Shown piece after piece: positions 51,901 through 64,000 of a DNA stretch of 64,000 nucleotides. A program made the position numbers and the translations under genes. The notes under the pieces were generated by a model that was not told the origin of the DNA, made no database searches, and was given only the letters and a program-made list of their open reading frames with translations. Numbering within the stretch: position 1 is the first letter of the stretch; the number at the start of each line of letters is the position of its first letter. The DNA comes from Trichinella spiralis. Its lineage: Eukaryota. The stretch is from positions 2,507,700-2,571,699 of the forward strand of contig NW_003526941.1 in NCBI RefSeq assembly GCF_000181795.1, read 5' to 3'.

Positions 51901-54900
51901 AAATCATTTTATAGTTAGATATTATTCACAATTTGTTAATTTTGTGACACTACGTGAAGTTGATTTTATTGTTGTGAAATTTGCTTTTTCTATATTTGAA
52001 TATATGCTTGGTGTTTTGTTTTTGTTAGCAATAATCTAAGTAATTTTTAAAAGAAGTATTTTGCTTTAGTTAATAATAATAATAATAATTCTAGGGTTGT
52101 TGTTTTCTGATTTTTGTACGTCTCAAAAAACAACAAGTAAGCAATACAACGAACTCTAGCAGTAGTCGTAGTAGTAGTGGTGGTGGTGGTGGTGGTTGAT
52201 TTGTGAGGGGCAACTAATTTCTGAACAATTGAATATAAAAGTTTGGTTGCATTTGAAAAGCAACGAATTATTGATTTTCCACTCAGTCTTTTAATTGTTG
52301 TTTAATTTCACTTTTCGTTTGTTATTTATCGAATTTTTCATTTCACGCAAAATGGAGAGGACGAAGTGTGTTTGTTGTTGTGTATGCTGTATAATTATTC
52401 ATAGTTTGAATTTGCATTCACATCGACTGTTTTTGATGCACCGCGGTTGTTCCATTTTTGCAAATTGCTGTCTCTGTACACGAAACAGGATCTTTGTTTT
52501 ATGACTAACTTGTGCTTGCATAGATGAAGGGAAAATGTTTTCTTTTTGTTGCTTTTTTTGATGCTTGCTTGCTTACTTCTTTTTGGCTATATCCCGCGGC
52601 CATTGTTCTCCACAACACCCGAATCGTTTGCGTGGAGAATTTGAGAAAAGGTATTATTATCCCCACTTCTTCACCTTCAACTATGTCCACAAAATGTGAC
52701 GAATAGCAGTTGGGCAATTTCTGCACATATTTATGTGTTCATTGTTCAAAATGGTTCCCATTTTGTGTATTTATGCAAATGATTATCAGAGAAAGGCAGA
52801 AACGATCTTCTTCAGCTTACCTTATCTTACTGTTTATCAATGGAGGGGGGGGGGAGAGGGTAGAGTTCAGTTGGTGAATGTTGGTTTTTGGACGAACAGA
52901 CCACCAACACCATTACTCAAACAATCATCATCACCATGCAATGCAATGAAATGCAAATGTGAAACCTGAATGTGTTCACTTGACGAAGCAGCGGATCGTT
53001 GGATTGGTATTTTTTTCTCTTCTATTATAATTTATTTCTCTTCAGTTAAAATTATCATTTGCACTTGATTATCGTTTGATGACCAAAAATGACGCATCAT
53101 TTGGAGCGTCCACTTTTCTGACAGTGACGTGTACAAGAGAACAACAAAGTCATGCCACCGGTATATAAAATACGTCAGCGTGTGAAAATTGATTAGAAAG
53201 ATTTATTATTGATTGTCACTTGACACGACAACGCCGTTCTTGCTTGAAAATTTTCTACGACGTAATTTGAGAAATTGTTTCATTTTTTTAGTTTTTTCGT
53301 ATTCTTTTTTTGAAATTTCATCATGCTTCTTGTAAGGGTAGTAGGGTATGTTGCTGTTGAATTTGAATACGACTTTTATTTTAGTACATATGTATATTTT
53401 TTGAAAATGCAATTTATTAGAGAAAATTAGGGAGTTTTTTTTGAAAATATCTATTTAAATTAACATAGAATAAGATGAAGATGCAAGTACAATAATAACG
53501 TTAGCAGTAGTAATAGTAGTAGTAGTAGTAGTATTGGTAGTGTAAGATGAAGAAGCGCATTGTCGTCATCGTCGTTTAATCATCGTCACATTTGACCTGT
53601 GCCAGAGTTGTTCCAGTCAGGCTCATTATCCAGCTGCATCGTTTGATTTGTGCATCTGTTAATTACTGACACACGGCTGTACAAAGCGACGTTTGACAAT
53701 GATGATCACATATTCTCCTCTTTCACTGTTAATATTACGGCAGCAGAATTTTTCTTCTACCATTTGTGGCAATTTCACGCACGCACCTCATCATTGCCAA
53801 AGAATAGCAGCAGTCGTCGTTTGTCTCTTTTGGCCCCTCTTTTATTACTCTTTTCACGGTCTTCGAAGCTAACATATAACACATTCTCATTATTAATTTT
53901 TTTTCTTTTATTTTTGTTTATTTATTTGTTTGTTTGTTTGTTTTGATTTTCTTCAACTGAAATCTCTGTATCTGTGCATTATGTTACGGCTTTTTTGAGT
54001 TAAAGAGTTTTTTTTTTGATTTTGCTTTTCGTCCTCCCGGAAAAATGTTCGACGCAGAAAAGGTGACTTTGAACGTCAGTGACAGTTTTGTCGATTTCGC
54101 CAGTTTCTGCTTAACACAGGATGATGATACTATTGACGACGTACGTTTTATCTGCTTTTTAAATATTAATTTTAAATTCATACGAAAAAAATTCTTTACG
54201 CCAAATTTTCCAATAAAGAGAGAGAGAGAGAACATGAGAGATAAACAAAAATAAATAAATCAATACATATAAAATGTAATATATGTAGCAGTATATAGTG
54301 GAAAACAAGTTTGAACGTGTGTGTTTAGTTACGTAAGCGTGAAAATGCAAAATTGAGTGTTGTTGCTCATTGATAGTTGAAAAGCAAAACCGCTTTATCA
54401 TATTTCTTGAATGTCTCGATTTGAAGTTACTCTTGTTGATGTATATATATTAGTGTTGAAAATTGCTTGTGATTATGAAAAGTAACATTGATTTAATTAA
54501 TTAATTAATTAATTAATTTTTTCGGATGATGGATAAATAATTGTAAAAAGTTTTCCGTTTTTTTTACTTCGGTTACATGATGCATGTTTAGTAGAGATTC
54601 TGTAGCAGTAGTTGTAGTAGATGTTTTGGAACTTTTGTCCAGGCATGTTTTCTCAGTCAACGCCAGCTAGCACGGGGTGTTGTCAATTTTTCGGATATAT
54701 TGTTTATTTTTGAATGTGTGCGCGATCGATGCAGCTTTTATTTGTTGTTGAAGCGGTTGTTGAAAACGGTGCTCAGTTTTGCGGGACGACAATCTTTCTT
54801 CATTCACTGTGATTTCTGCTTGTTCGGATGGATTTTACAGTCACAGAAGCTGACAAAAAATAAACACTCCTCTTGGTCGGTATTTTCTTAATAATTTCCC

Positions 54901-57900
54901 ACATAATAAAAGCTTGCTCGTTCAAGCTTCTTTCTTTTCACTCTTTCTCACCAGTGTGGCCAAATCAAGTCGAAACTGCCAATTCAAATGTAAAATTGAT
55001 TAATAAATACATTGATTGTTTTTAGAATAATTTTTGAAATTATTATTATTCATATTTATTTTAAATTATTGAATAGTTATTTTGATTTTCTCATTTTTCC
55101 TATTTCATAATAAATTACACTTGCAATTATTTTTTTTGATGCCAAATTTGCTTATTTTTCAACTTATTCAAAATAATATGTTCCTTTTTAACCTTTTCAT
55201 TCTTTTTTGCTTCCACAAGCACATTTCATACGTATGTATGTTTGTATGTATGTATGCATGTGATAGTGTCGATGTCAATGTGATCAGTTTTACAACTTGA
55301 ACGATTTACTAAAAGAAATGTAGGCAAAGCACAGGCTACTTTTCAATCTTTCTTATCTTTTAAATCTTTGCTTGTAAAGCACATAAAAACGTCAGCGGAT
55401 GAGGAGATTGATTTTGTAAGCCGTCAGCTTGCTTGGACAAGCTTGTTACACTCATTGTCCTTCGCAATTAGAGGCGATCTGTTCGAATTGCACAGCGGGG
55501 CTTGTTTGGCCACACCACTGTTGTCACTTTCACATTTATTATTATGTACTATTTTCAGTTGAGATTATGAAACTTTGCATAAGGGGGGGGGGAATAAACA
55601 AATTTTGGTATTTATGCTAGTGCAACACTGGTTCCTAGATGATTTGTTTGCTTCTTCTTTGAATGCTTCTTCCTCAACGATGAAACAATAAGTTGTTAAC
55701 AATTTTTGAAAAACAACACAACAATTTATTTATCGATAGGTTATTGTTTTTTTTTTCTCAATTTGTCCATTTTTGTTCCGCTTTTCCCATGCTTGTTTGT
55801 TTGTTTGTTTGTTTTTGATGTTTTTGGAGGAAAAAAATTTGTTCTCCTACATGCTTCCAGCTTCCTGGTTTGGTTGGGAAAATGAAACACAACCAGCTTC
55901 TAGGTGGTGCTTGATTTTTAGCTACAAATGTTTTTCAAAATTTATTTTTTATGCAATTTCAATTTTTCAATTCTATTCACTGATGAATGCTCACCAGATG
56001 AATCATGAAATCAGAAAAACAATTGAAAAAAAGGATACTATAGCGTTGGTTGCTTTCATCGCGATCCGGATGTTTTTCTTCTTATTATCTATGTCTATTT
56101 CTTTCATTCTTATGTTTCATTTGCATGACAACTTCCACACACCGTACACGGATCATTTATTCAAAATGTATTCTTGCTTTTTATTCCAAGCAAGATCCTA
56201 GAATTTTTTCCGTTCATATTTTTCATTCAGTCATTTTCTGTTCTTCAGTGCGTTGGTTGATGTGGATGATTCTTTTCACTTTTATTTCATCTGTAGTAGT
56301 TACTTTTGATTTGATTTGATTTTATTTCATTTTTTGTTAAATGTTTCATCAGATGCTGGTGGTGAGGTCGCGAATTGAAGCTCAGCGTAGTGTCAACGGA
56401 GGTTATTATCATTTTTGATAATTTATTTCTCACGTAACAATTGACCAACTTCCATTTATTATTATTATTATTATTATTAATTAGAATCATTTGTTCAGTG
56501 TGATTTTCTCTGCTTAGAATTATGATATTTTGATAGTTTGACGGACGACAGTTAGCTTTTATCGACTTTTGCACATCAATAATGCGGTGTATTTTTGCTG
56601 TTGGTCATTGGTTAACAAAGTAGCAATGTTTACCTTTTGAATAAACAATGATTGTTTGCAATTTTGCGTATAAAATTATTCCCCCATGCGCAGAGGTGAA
56701 ATTCAAGCTCTTTCTGTTCAGAGGTGATTGTATTTTCGAATAAGCAACTTTTGCATGTGATTGTCGCGTAGGCTGATTCTTCGTCTTCTTATTCTTTCTG
56801 AATACACTTTCGCATTCGCATCATTTCCAAACCGAGGCACACACAGAGATCACGTTTAATATCACGCAGTGTATGTTCAATTAACGGCTGACAAAATGTT
56901 CAATTTAAATGCACCGTACACTACTTTGCTCAAATTTACACTGAGTTATGCAACGCATTACAGTAAGTCAATAATTATATCTGTGCCGCTTGCTCGGTGT
57001 TTGTTGATTTGTTGTGTTGCTGGACCACACGGCAGGGGAGGGGTAGAGGGAATTCATTTATTTCATCATTGCATTGTTTTTTTCTCTCTTTTCTTCCTCA
57101 TTTTGTGGTTAAATTCAAGAGTAACATGCTTGACGGACGTGTTGAAATTTTAATACCGAAACCATTTTTTTCTTCTCTTTCGATTCTTCTTTAATTTGTC
57201 ATTGTACGAGAAATGTAAAATTTTCATTATTCTCCGCCCATTATCGTTGCTGCTAATATTGTCCTCATCACCACCCATCATCAACAACAGTATCGTCTGT
57301 GAAAGTTGAAGGTTCCAATTTTGTTTTGTCATATTTAAATTATTTATTTCGTTCATATAAACCTGTTGTCATAATTCACCTCACCAGTTTGTTTTATTTT
57401 CCTTCATATTTGTTTGTGCTAGTGAGCACGTTTGTGTGCGTGTGAGTGAGTTTATGTGTGTTGTGGCTAGTTAGCTAGCTATCACAGAATAGCTTTCTTT
57501 TCTTCTTTAGAATTTTTGAAAACAGCTTGAAAATTCAACTCTGTGATGAGGATATTTGTTATGTACTATTAATAATAGTTTTTGTGTGAATAATAAATTC
57601 ACCAGCTTATTATTATTATTATTCTGTTCAGATCAACATCTGAATATAGTTGTCGCCAGTTATAACCGTATTTAATTAAACTGAAGTAGATGTATGTGAT
57701 TAGCTATTGTCGTTTCGGAAAAAGTGAAATGAAAAATAAACAGTTGTTATTGTTGTCAGTATTTTTTTTAAGTTAGCTTTTCAATTTTCTCAGGGGTAAC
57801 TGGTATTTTTTTTAAATATCAAACACATCTGGTGGATGGTGGTGGTGACGGTGACGGTGACAGGCATTTTCAATGCATAGTCGAATTGGTTACAAATTTG

Positions 57901-58797
57901 TCGACCCTCGTCGTTCCAACCGGCGGTGCTTAACCCCTGATGATTTGCAAAAAAGATGGTCTCGGAGGGTGGGGGGGGTGATGGCGATCGTCGGTCTATG
58001 TTTGACCCAAATGCGCTTGTCTTTTACTCTTTCTTCGCTAAAATGTAGTTCGACATTGTCAACTGACTGGTTGTCAGCATTTTCTCTGTCATCATGCACA
58101 GCAGGGCTGCAGCTGGGCGTTTGTCTTTTTCCACCAATTCAACAATGGTTTTCTGCTTTGTATTTTTCTTCTATTCACACATACACACACACACACTGTT
58201 GGATTCTTCTTCTTCTTTTCCTTATAGCAATGATGAGGGGTAACAGGGAAAAAAAAGGCTGAAAATTTTCTACTCTCCTCCTCCACGTGAGACAACACAC
58301 CCAGTAGTAGAGTAGCAGGGAGAAATGTATGACAGTGAAAGTGAAAGAAAAATTGCTAGCCATATTTATTGTATTAATAACGATAATGATATTTCTCTAC
58401 TTGCTTTGTTTGACAACATAACACAACTAGCGCAGAACAGCAACGATAACAGTTAAGAAAATGTGTTCCATCTTCTTTTTTAATCTTTACAAATAATATA
58501 TTCTACAAATTATGTGCCTTGATAAATGCAGGGAAATCAAATGGGTGAATGTATGATATACTCCGATTGGGAGTTTATATAACAAGTAAAGTTCCTTGGG
58601 ATATATGATGATTCTGCCAGGCGGAAACCGCACCCGCTCTGCATTTCATATCAACTGCATTATGATCTGGTATTGACATTTCATTTTATATTATTTTCCC
58701 ACAAATTACAATAGTTATAATTTTAAATAAATTCGCTACAGTTACAATTACAGTGCTGCTTACTTTCAAATTAATTCTATTTTCATCGTATTTTAAG

Positions 58798-59141
58798 ATT
58801 GCCCGAGAAGCTTTAAGTGAGGCGGCCGAGCTGGGGTCGAAGAGCGCCCACGCTAAAGAAGAAGAACTCAAGCCGCCGGTTAGCGGTAATAAGGAATTTG
58901 GTCCAGATGAGCAACAAACAGCAGAGGCTGAAGCACCTACTGCGAATATTTCCAGAACTTTGATAAACAACAACAGTAATAATAATAGCCGCATTGCCAG
59001 TAAGTAATAGCAGAGTAGCAGTAGCAGTAGTAGTAGTAGTAGTGGTAGTAAAAGTAGTAAAAGCAGCAGAAGCAATAGCAGTAGTAGTAGTAGTAGTTAG
59101 TAGTAATACTACTATCACTAGTAGCACTGGAGACAGTAGTA

Positions 59142-59173
<32 letters not shown>

Positions 59174-60439
59174 CATACTATTAAAGAGTTGTTATCTGGA
59201 AAATCAGAAGTGACTGAGTCATCGTCATCATTGGGACGGAACTCGGCACCTGTAATTTCATGTCGAACGTCACTGCTTGCTTCCTCACTGAAGTTCTCAT
59301 CGGCATCCAGCAGCTCTAGCACAGCTCTAACGCCCACATCAACTGTAGTCACAACTTCTCTGCTACCGGCCAGTTTAGCGGCTGCATCCGTGCTAGCTTC
59401 CAGTCCGGTGCTTCCACAGGGGTCGTTGCAGCAGTTGATGCAACAACAGCAGCACAGCTTTTTCTTTCAACAACAGCAGGTATATGTTGATCTGGCAACA
59501 TCAGCGCCACCGCATTTTCAACGCACTTATAACTTACTTCGCATGACCAACATCAACAGCTTTGTTGTTGTTGTTGTTGTTGCTGTTGTATTGTTGTGTT
59601 GTGTCGTGCTATGCTATGCGATGCTGTTGTGTATATAATTGAGTATTTGTTTTTTTTAGTTGGGCGATTTGATGCGCAGTCAGCTGTTGGCTTTACAGGA
59701 ACGACTGCAACTGAATTTAGTTCATCAGTCTCAGATTATTCAGCCGTTGAGCCATTGCAAGGATAAAAAATTATTTAGACAGGTGATTAATTTATATTTT
59801 GCATAAATGCATAAATTATTATTATTATTTGAAATTAGCGAGTGATAATAAAAAAATTGGAAAATCAACAACAACAACAACCATTTGAGCACCGCATTTG
59901 AGCTGATCAATCACTGAGCATTTAGCTGAGTTGAGCTTTAAAAACTTTCTAATTTTATTTTTATCTTTTAAACAATGGTGATGAGAGCGGCTGTCGACCA
60001 TTGCTGTCGATTAGAGCTACTCTGCAAGAATTTTTCTTTAGATGTTTTCATTTTGCGGTGCATTAAATTGCATCGCTTGTGTCCATTTTTTAATGTTCTA
60101 CATTCTCTCCTTTTTTCAGAATTGGAAACAGTATTGTCTAATTTATATTTCAGTATGGTATTTTAAGTGATATTCAACTATATAATGATATGCAGTTGTT
60201 TACAATTTGTTTGTGCTTAATTTTATTGTTGTTGTTGTTGTTGTTCTTGTTCTTGCTTAAAAGTGAATATGTTCAATGAAGAGTAATAGTTCGTTTTTCT
60301 AAGAATACATTATTAATTTTGAAATTCATTTGCTTTCTAACAAGATTTTTAGTTTTATTTCATCTTTTTTCTAACAAATGTGATCAACATGTAATAATGA
60401 TAACCATAATAATAATGGTAATGTTGTTGTTGTTGTTGT

Positions 60440-60471
<32 letters not shown>

Positions 60472-63400
60472 TTATTTACTAACGTTGAAATGTTTTCCAG
60501 TTGCAGCTTCAACTGCAGCAACTCGGCGCTGAGCAGAATCAGTTGATGCAACAAATCCAATTGCAACAGCGTCATTACATGATGCAACAGGGTCTGGGAA
60601 CAGGTAAGCAAAATTTGTTTTTTCTTCTCTACTTATTTGCTTTAAATTGGTAGAAGTTTTGCATTTTAATCTAATTTATTGTCATTTTATTTAGGTGATA
60701 TACAACGACTGTGGCAGTATTTGGCTATGATGCCGATGTCAGCTTCTGGTGCAGCTTTCAACGGCAACTTAGGAGCGTCGTCATCAGCGGGAGCCAAAAC
60801 GTCTAATGTCAATAGCAACGGCGTTGCTGGTAACACCAACGGAGGCAAAGGTTCATCTACATTTTCTCCGTCGGCGGCAGCGGTAGCCGCGGCAGCTGCA
60901 TTCGCGAACGGTTGGTTCGGCGCCGGCACGGATCCAAGTTTACCTTCACCGCCGGGACTGAATCAGCAACAAGCCGCATCGTTTCATCCGCTCTATCAGC
61001 ATGGCTTGTGCGCTTGGCCGTCATGCGAAAAGCCTTGCGCTTCTTATTTGGCTTTCATTCAACACTTGAACTCGGCACATACATTGGACGACCGCAGCGC
61101 GGCACAATGTCGGGTCCAAATGCAGGTAATTTTCACCGATTGTATGCTACATGTATGCATAATGTCGTTTGTAAATTCATTTGAAGTTTTGTTTTTCAAA
61201 TTAAGGTTGTGGATCAACTCGAGACACAGTTGAACAAAGAGCGTCACCGTTTGCAGGCGATGATGCATCACTTACATATGAAGCAGTCGCCAGACACGAC
61301 GACGACAAGCAACGGCCTCCCCACTCAGGAAACGGTAATTTAGTTAGCTTGGGTTCATTTTATTTGAATTTTGATTTACAAGAAAATAAATACAGGCATC
61401 TGCTGATCGCCTGTTAATTGCAACTGAACAGGCTGACTCGTCGGAAGAGCCGGTGAGCACTAGCTCACCAACAGTGCAACAACAGCAACAGCAGCGCTCG
61501 ACATGCCATTCCCAGCCGACGCTGCAGTCGTTGCTTCCTCCATCCACGCCGTTGACCAATGTGTCGTTTCCGACCATGGTCGGCACGTCGGCCATCGACG
61601 CTGCTACCGGCTGTGCAAGCAGTATGCACTCGTTGAACACCAACAGTTCGCCTGCTTACAGCGCTTTGGCATCGTCAAATCAGCCGGTCAGTGTCCGGCG
61701 GCGATTGTCCGACAAAAGCATGCTGTCCATTAGTGTCGATCTAGCTCGAAATCGAGATTTTTACAGTACGCACGATGTGCGTCCGCCGTACACTTACGCG
61801 ACATTGATTCGCCAGGTATTTTTGTTTTTTTCTCATTTTAATATAATATACGAACCCCACCCAGTGATAATTAAAAAATACGCATAGGATAATTAATTTT
61901 CTATCTTTCTATCTGAGTACTTTTACAATCCATACTCGGTTACTTTTTGCCTCTGGCTTTATTATTATGAGTTGTCGTCACTGTCATTGTATCGAAAACG
62001 ACAAACTTGTTAGCTATTTATAGTCGAAGAATGGGGTGTATTTTTGCGGGCAAGGACAGCTTGAGAAGGAAACCGCCCTTACGGGTTGTCGTCTAAATTT
62101 CACCCCGTTCACTTGTGCCCTTTATTCATATTTTCAAGAAGTGCTGATCATTAATTTTCCAAATAATTAGAGAGAAGGTGTGACTGAAATTTTATTTTCA
62201 TATTCCATGCTGCTTCTTGTTTTTCTATACCGATTAGGATTTTCAAAGAATGAATACAAAAAGCAAGTTTTTTTTTTAAATATTCTTCTCTATTTTCATC
62301 GTCGTATTGGTAAGTAGTATACGGGTTAAGTTTGTTGTTCACACAGCGTGTAATTTTGGCTTTTCGTTTCTCGTTTTCAAAATTGTTCAAATAGAATGAA
62401 AAAGTTAGGAAACAAACATGCAGAAAAATAGTTCAGTGGAATGTGGGAAAGAATAAGAGGAAAAAAATTAAAATTCCAAAACAAGAGTTTATCATTGTGT
62501 GTAGAGAGAGGTAGGTGTTTGTTTAATCGAACTTGTGCTTCAAACTGTGCTTTGATTTCAGTTTGGAGTCTGTTATTGAGGTGAAAGTGAATAAAAAGCA
62601 GATGAATTTCGAAGGAGGGAGGGGAATTTTGGCTACATTCAAGGCTTCATTTTGCAAATGTTGCCATTGTTTTTGCCTTCTTCCTTTCCCATTAATTATT
62701 GCCTTGTCTGTTGGCATTTTTTTAACTCTGAAACTCTCTGAACGATTTCTGTTATACTACAAAAAGTATTGATGAAAAAAAAATGTTAAACTGAGGCATG
62801 AATATTGACGCGAAACTGCGCTCATAGTTGATTTATATTATCCGTTTAATGAATGCTCTGCTTAATAAACGTTGCTTTCGAATGTGTCAGTTTTGAATCT
62901 CTGTCGTCACTGCGTCGATGCGTCATGCTTTTAGGAAGTAATGAAATTTGATTTATTTGAGAGAGTAATGTTTTTTCATTTTCGTTTATTTAGCGTTGCA
63001 TCTTTTGGTCGAAGAATTTTTATTTATGAAAGAAGAATATATTATGCTTTTGGATTGATTGAATTTTTATTTTATTCATTTTTGTTTAGGCAATTTTGGA
63101 GTCAAAAGAACGACAGCTGACTTTGAACGAGATTTACAATTGGTTTCAGGACACGTTTTCATATTTTCGTCGCAACGCGGCTACGTGGAAGGTTTGTTTT
63201 CTATGAATTTTTATTAACAATAGCTAAATTTCAGATCAAACAAGTAAATAAATGATGGATGCATTGTTTGTCGGAAATAAATAAGCAATAAAAGAAGGGA
63301 CGGTGTTATTATTTGGGATGATTGCTAAATTGATATTTTAATTTCGATTTGGTTTTTCATATTGCTTGTTAATTAGAATGCCGTGAGACACAATTTGAGC

Positions 63401-64000
63401 TTGCACAAGTGCTTCATTCGTGTGGAGAATGTGAAAGGGGCGTTTTGGTCGGTTGATGAGGTGGAATTTTACAAACGTCGTAATCAACGTTTGTCGTTAC
63501 GTTTTTGGTGTCCAAGTGAACGCGGTTCGCCGTACAGTTTGGAGAATGTGAAAGCGGAAAATGATTCCCCATTTGACGATGGAACGATCGACGAGCAGGA
63601 GGATAACGTGGTCAGCGCGGCCGTGGCAAGTTTGGAAAATGACGCCGACCGAGAATTCATGGTCGACATGGATGAGGATGTAGTTCTTAATTCCAATGGT
63701 CAGAATTTGTGCGTCGACTCGAATTTGATCACAAATGCGGATCACAAGCTTGGATTGGATGACGACGAAGAAGATGATATTGAAGATACTGAAGAAGAGG
63801 ATGACAGTACACTTTGCAATGATAACGTTTTGCCGTTGTCAATCGCTGGCCAAAATTTATCAAGAATTGACATTGAACAACAACAGCAGCAACTACTGCT
63901 GCTAAATCAACAACAACAACAACAACAGCAACAACAACTGCAACTGCAATCACAGCAGCAGCAGCAGCAGCAGCAACAACAACAACAACAGCAACAGCAA
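58798..64000 (+). CDS. FoxP: Forkhead box P transcription factor (Q-rich region, C2H2 zinc finger, leucine zipper, forkhead); 3' truncated by the window
   Basis: Exons 58798-~59479 (internal discontinuity), 59660-59782, 60501-60603, 60695-61125 ([18 protein letters not shown]...[21 protein letters not shown]), 61206-61334 ([23 protein letters not shown]), 61396-61815 ([14 protein letters not shown]), 63090-63191 ([19 protein letters not shown]...RRNAATWK), 63377-end ([21 protein letters not shown], acidic tract, polyQ). The nematode orthologue is fkh-7. Confidence 0.96.
63878..64000 (+). repeat. CAA/CAG polyglutamine-coding repeat in the FoxP C-terminus
   Basis: In frame with the forkhead exon and continues to the window end. 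Confidence 0.9.

Noticed and set aside
58600..58680. ATGATGA...GCGGAAACCGC as a hammerhead ribozyme or C/D-box snoRNA
   Set aside because: The core lacks the C of CUGANGA and proper stems I and III, and there is no well-placed CTGA D box.
34000..58700. Dozens of 60-140 aa ORFs in the FoxP upstream and intronic region
   Set aside because: Low-complexity translations of microsatellites and AT-rich DNA, many with TTG/GTG starts that are irrelevant for a eukaryote.
1..64000. CRISPR arrays, tRNA or rRNA genes, spliced-leader RNA genes, prokaryotic operons or defence systems
   Set aside because: No regularly spaced repeats, cloverleafs or rRNA motifs were seen, and no donor plus Sm-site SL RNA layout was recognised. 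All genes are intron-containing and eukaryotic.

Overview
AT-rich eukaryotic genomic DNA with mostly 50-100 bp GT-AG introns and many microsatellites. Gene content and intron style suggest a nematode, most likely Trichinella-like (inference). Splicing by hand gives six intron-containing genes. On the minus strand: prohormone convertase 2 (egl-3/PC2, 3545-8650); a secreted protein with three tandem Cys-rich helical (DUF19/CPG4-like) domains (11590-13713); cap-1 2'-O-methyltransferase CMTR1 (14361-18573); kanadaptin/SLC4A1AP (19530-22087); and a PALS1/MPP5/Stardust MAGUK (22658-~28100), with two extra PDZ-encoding exons upstream at 31496-33519. On the plus strand, diverging from them: FoxP (probably from 36852, certain from ~58800, running off the window end in a polyQ tract). 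Bases 1-2057 are a near-identical copy of the 3' part of PC2 that ends at a 10-N gap, probably an assembly or haplotype duplicate. I see no prokaryote-style system. The best leads are a candidate trans-spliced operon (MAGUK-kanadaptin-CMTR1-Cys-rich gene), a secreted-versus-membrane-anchored switch by intron retention in the triple-domain gene, an extra N-terminal PDZ for the MAGUK, a possible intron arising in a Ser-codon microsatellite in FoxP, and two GC-rich structured intronic elements. Most short ORFs in the supplied track are noise.
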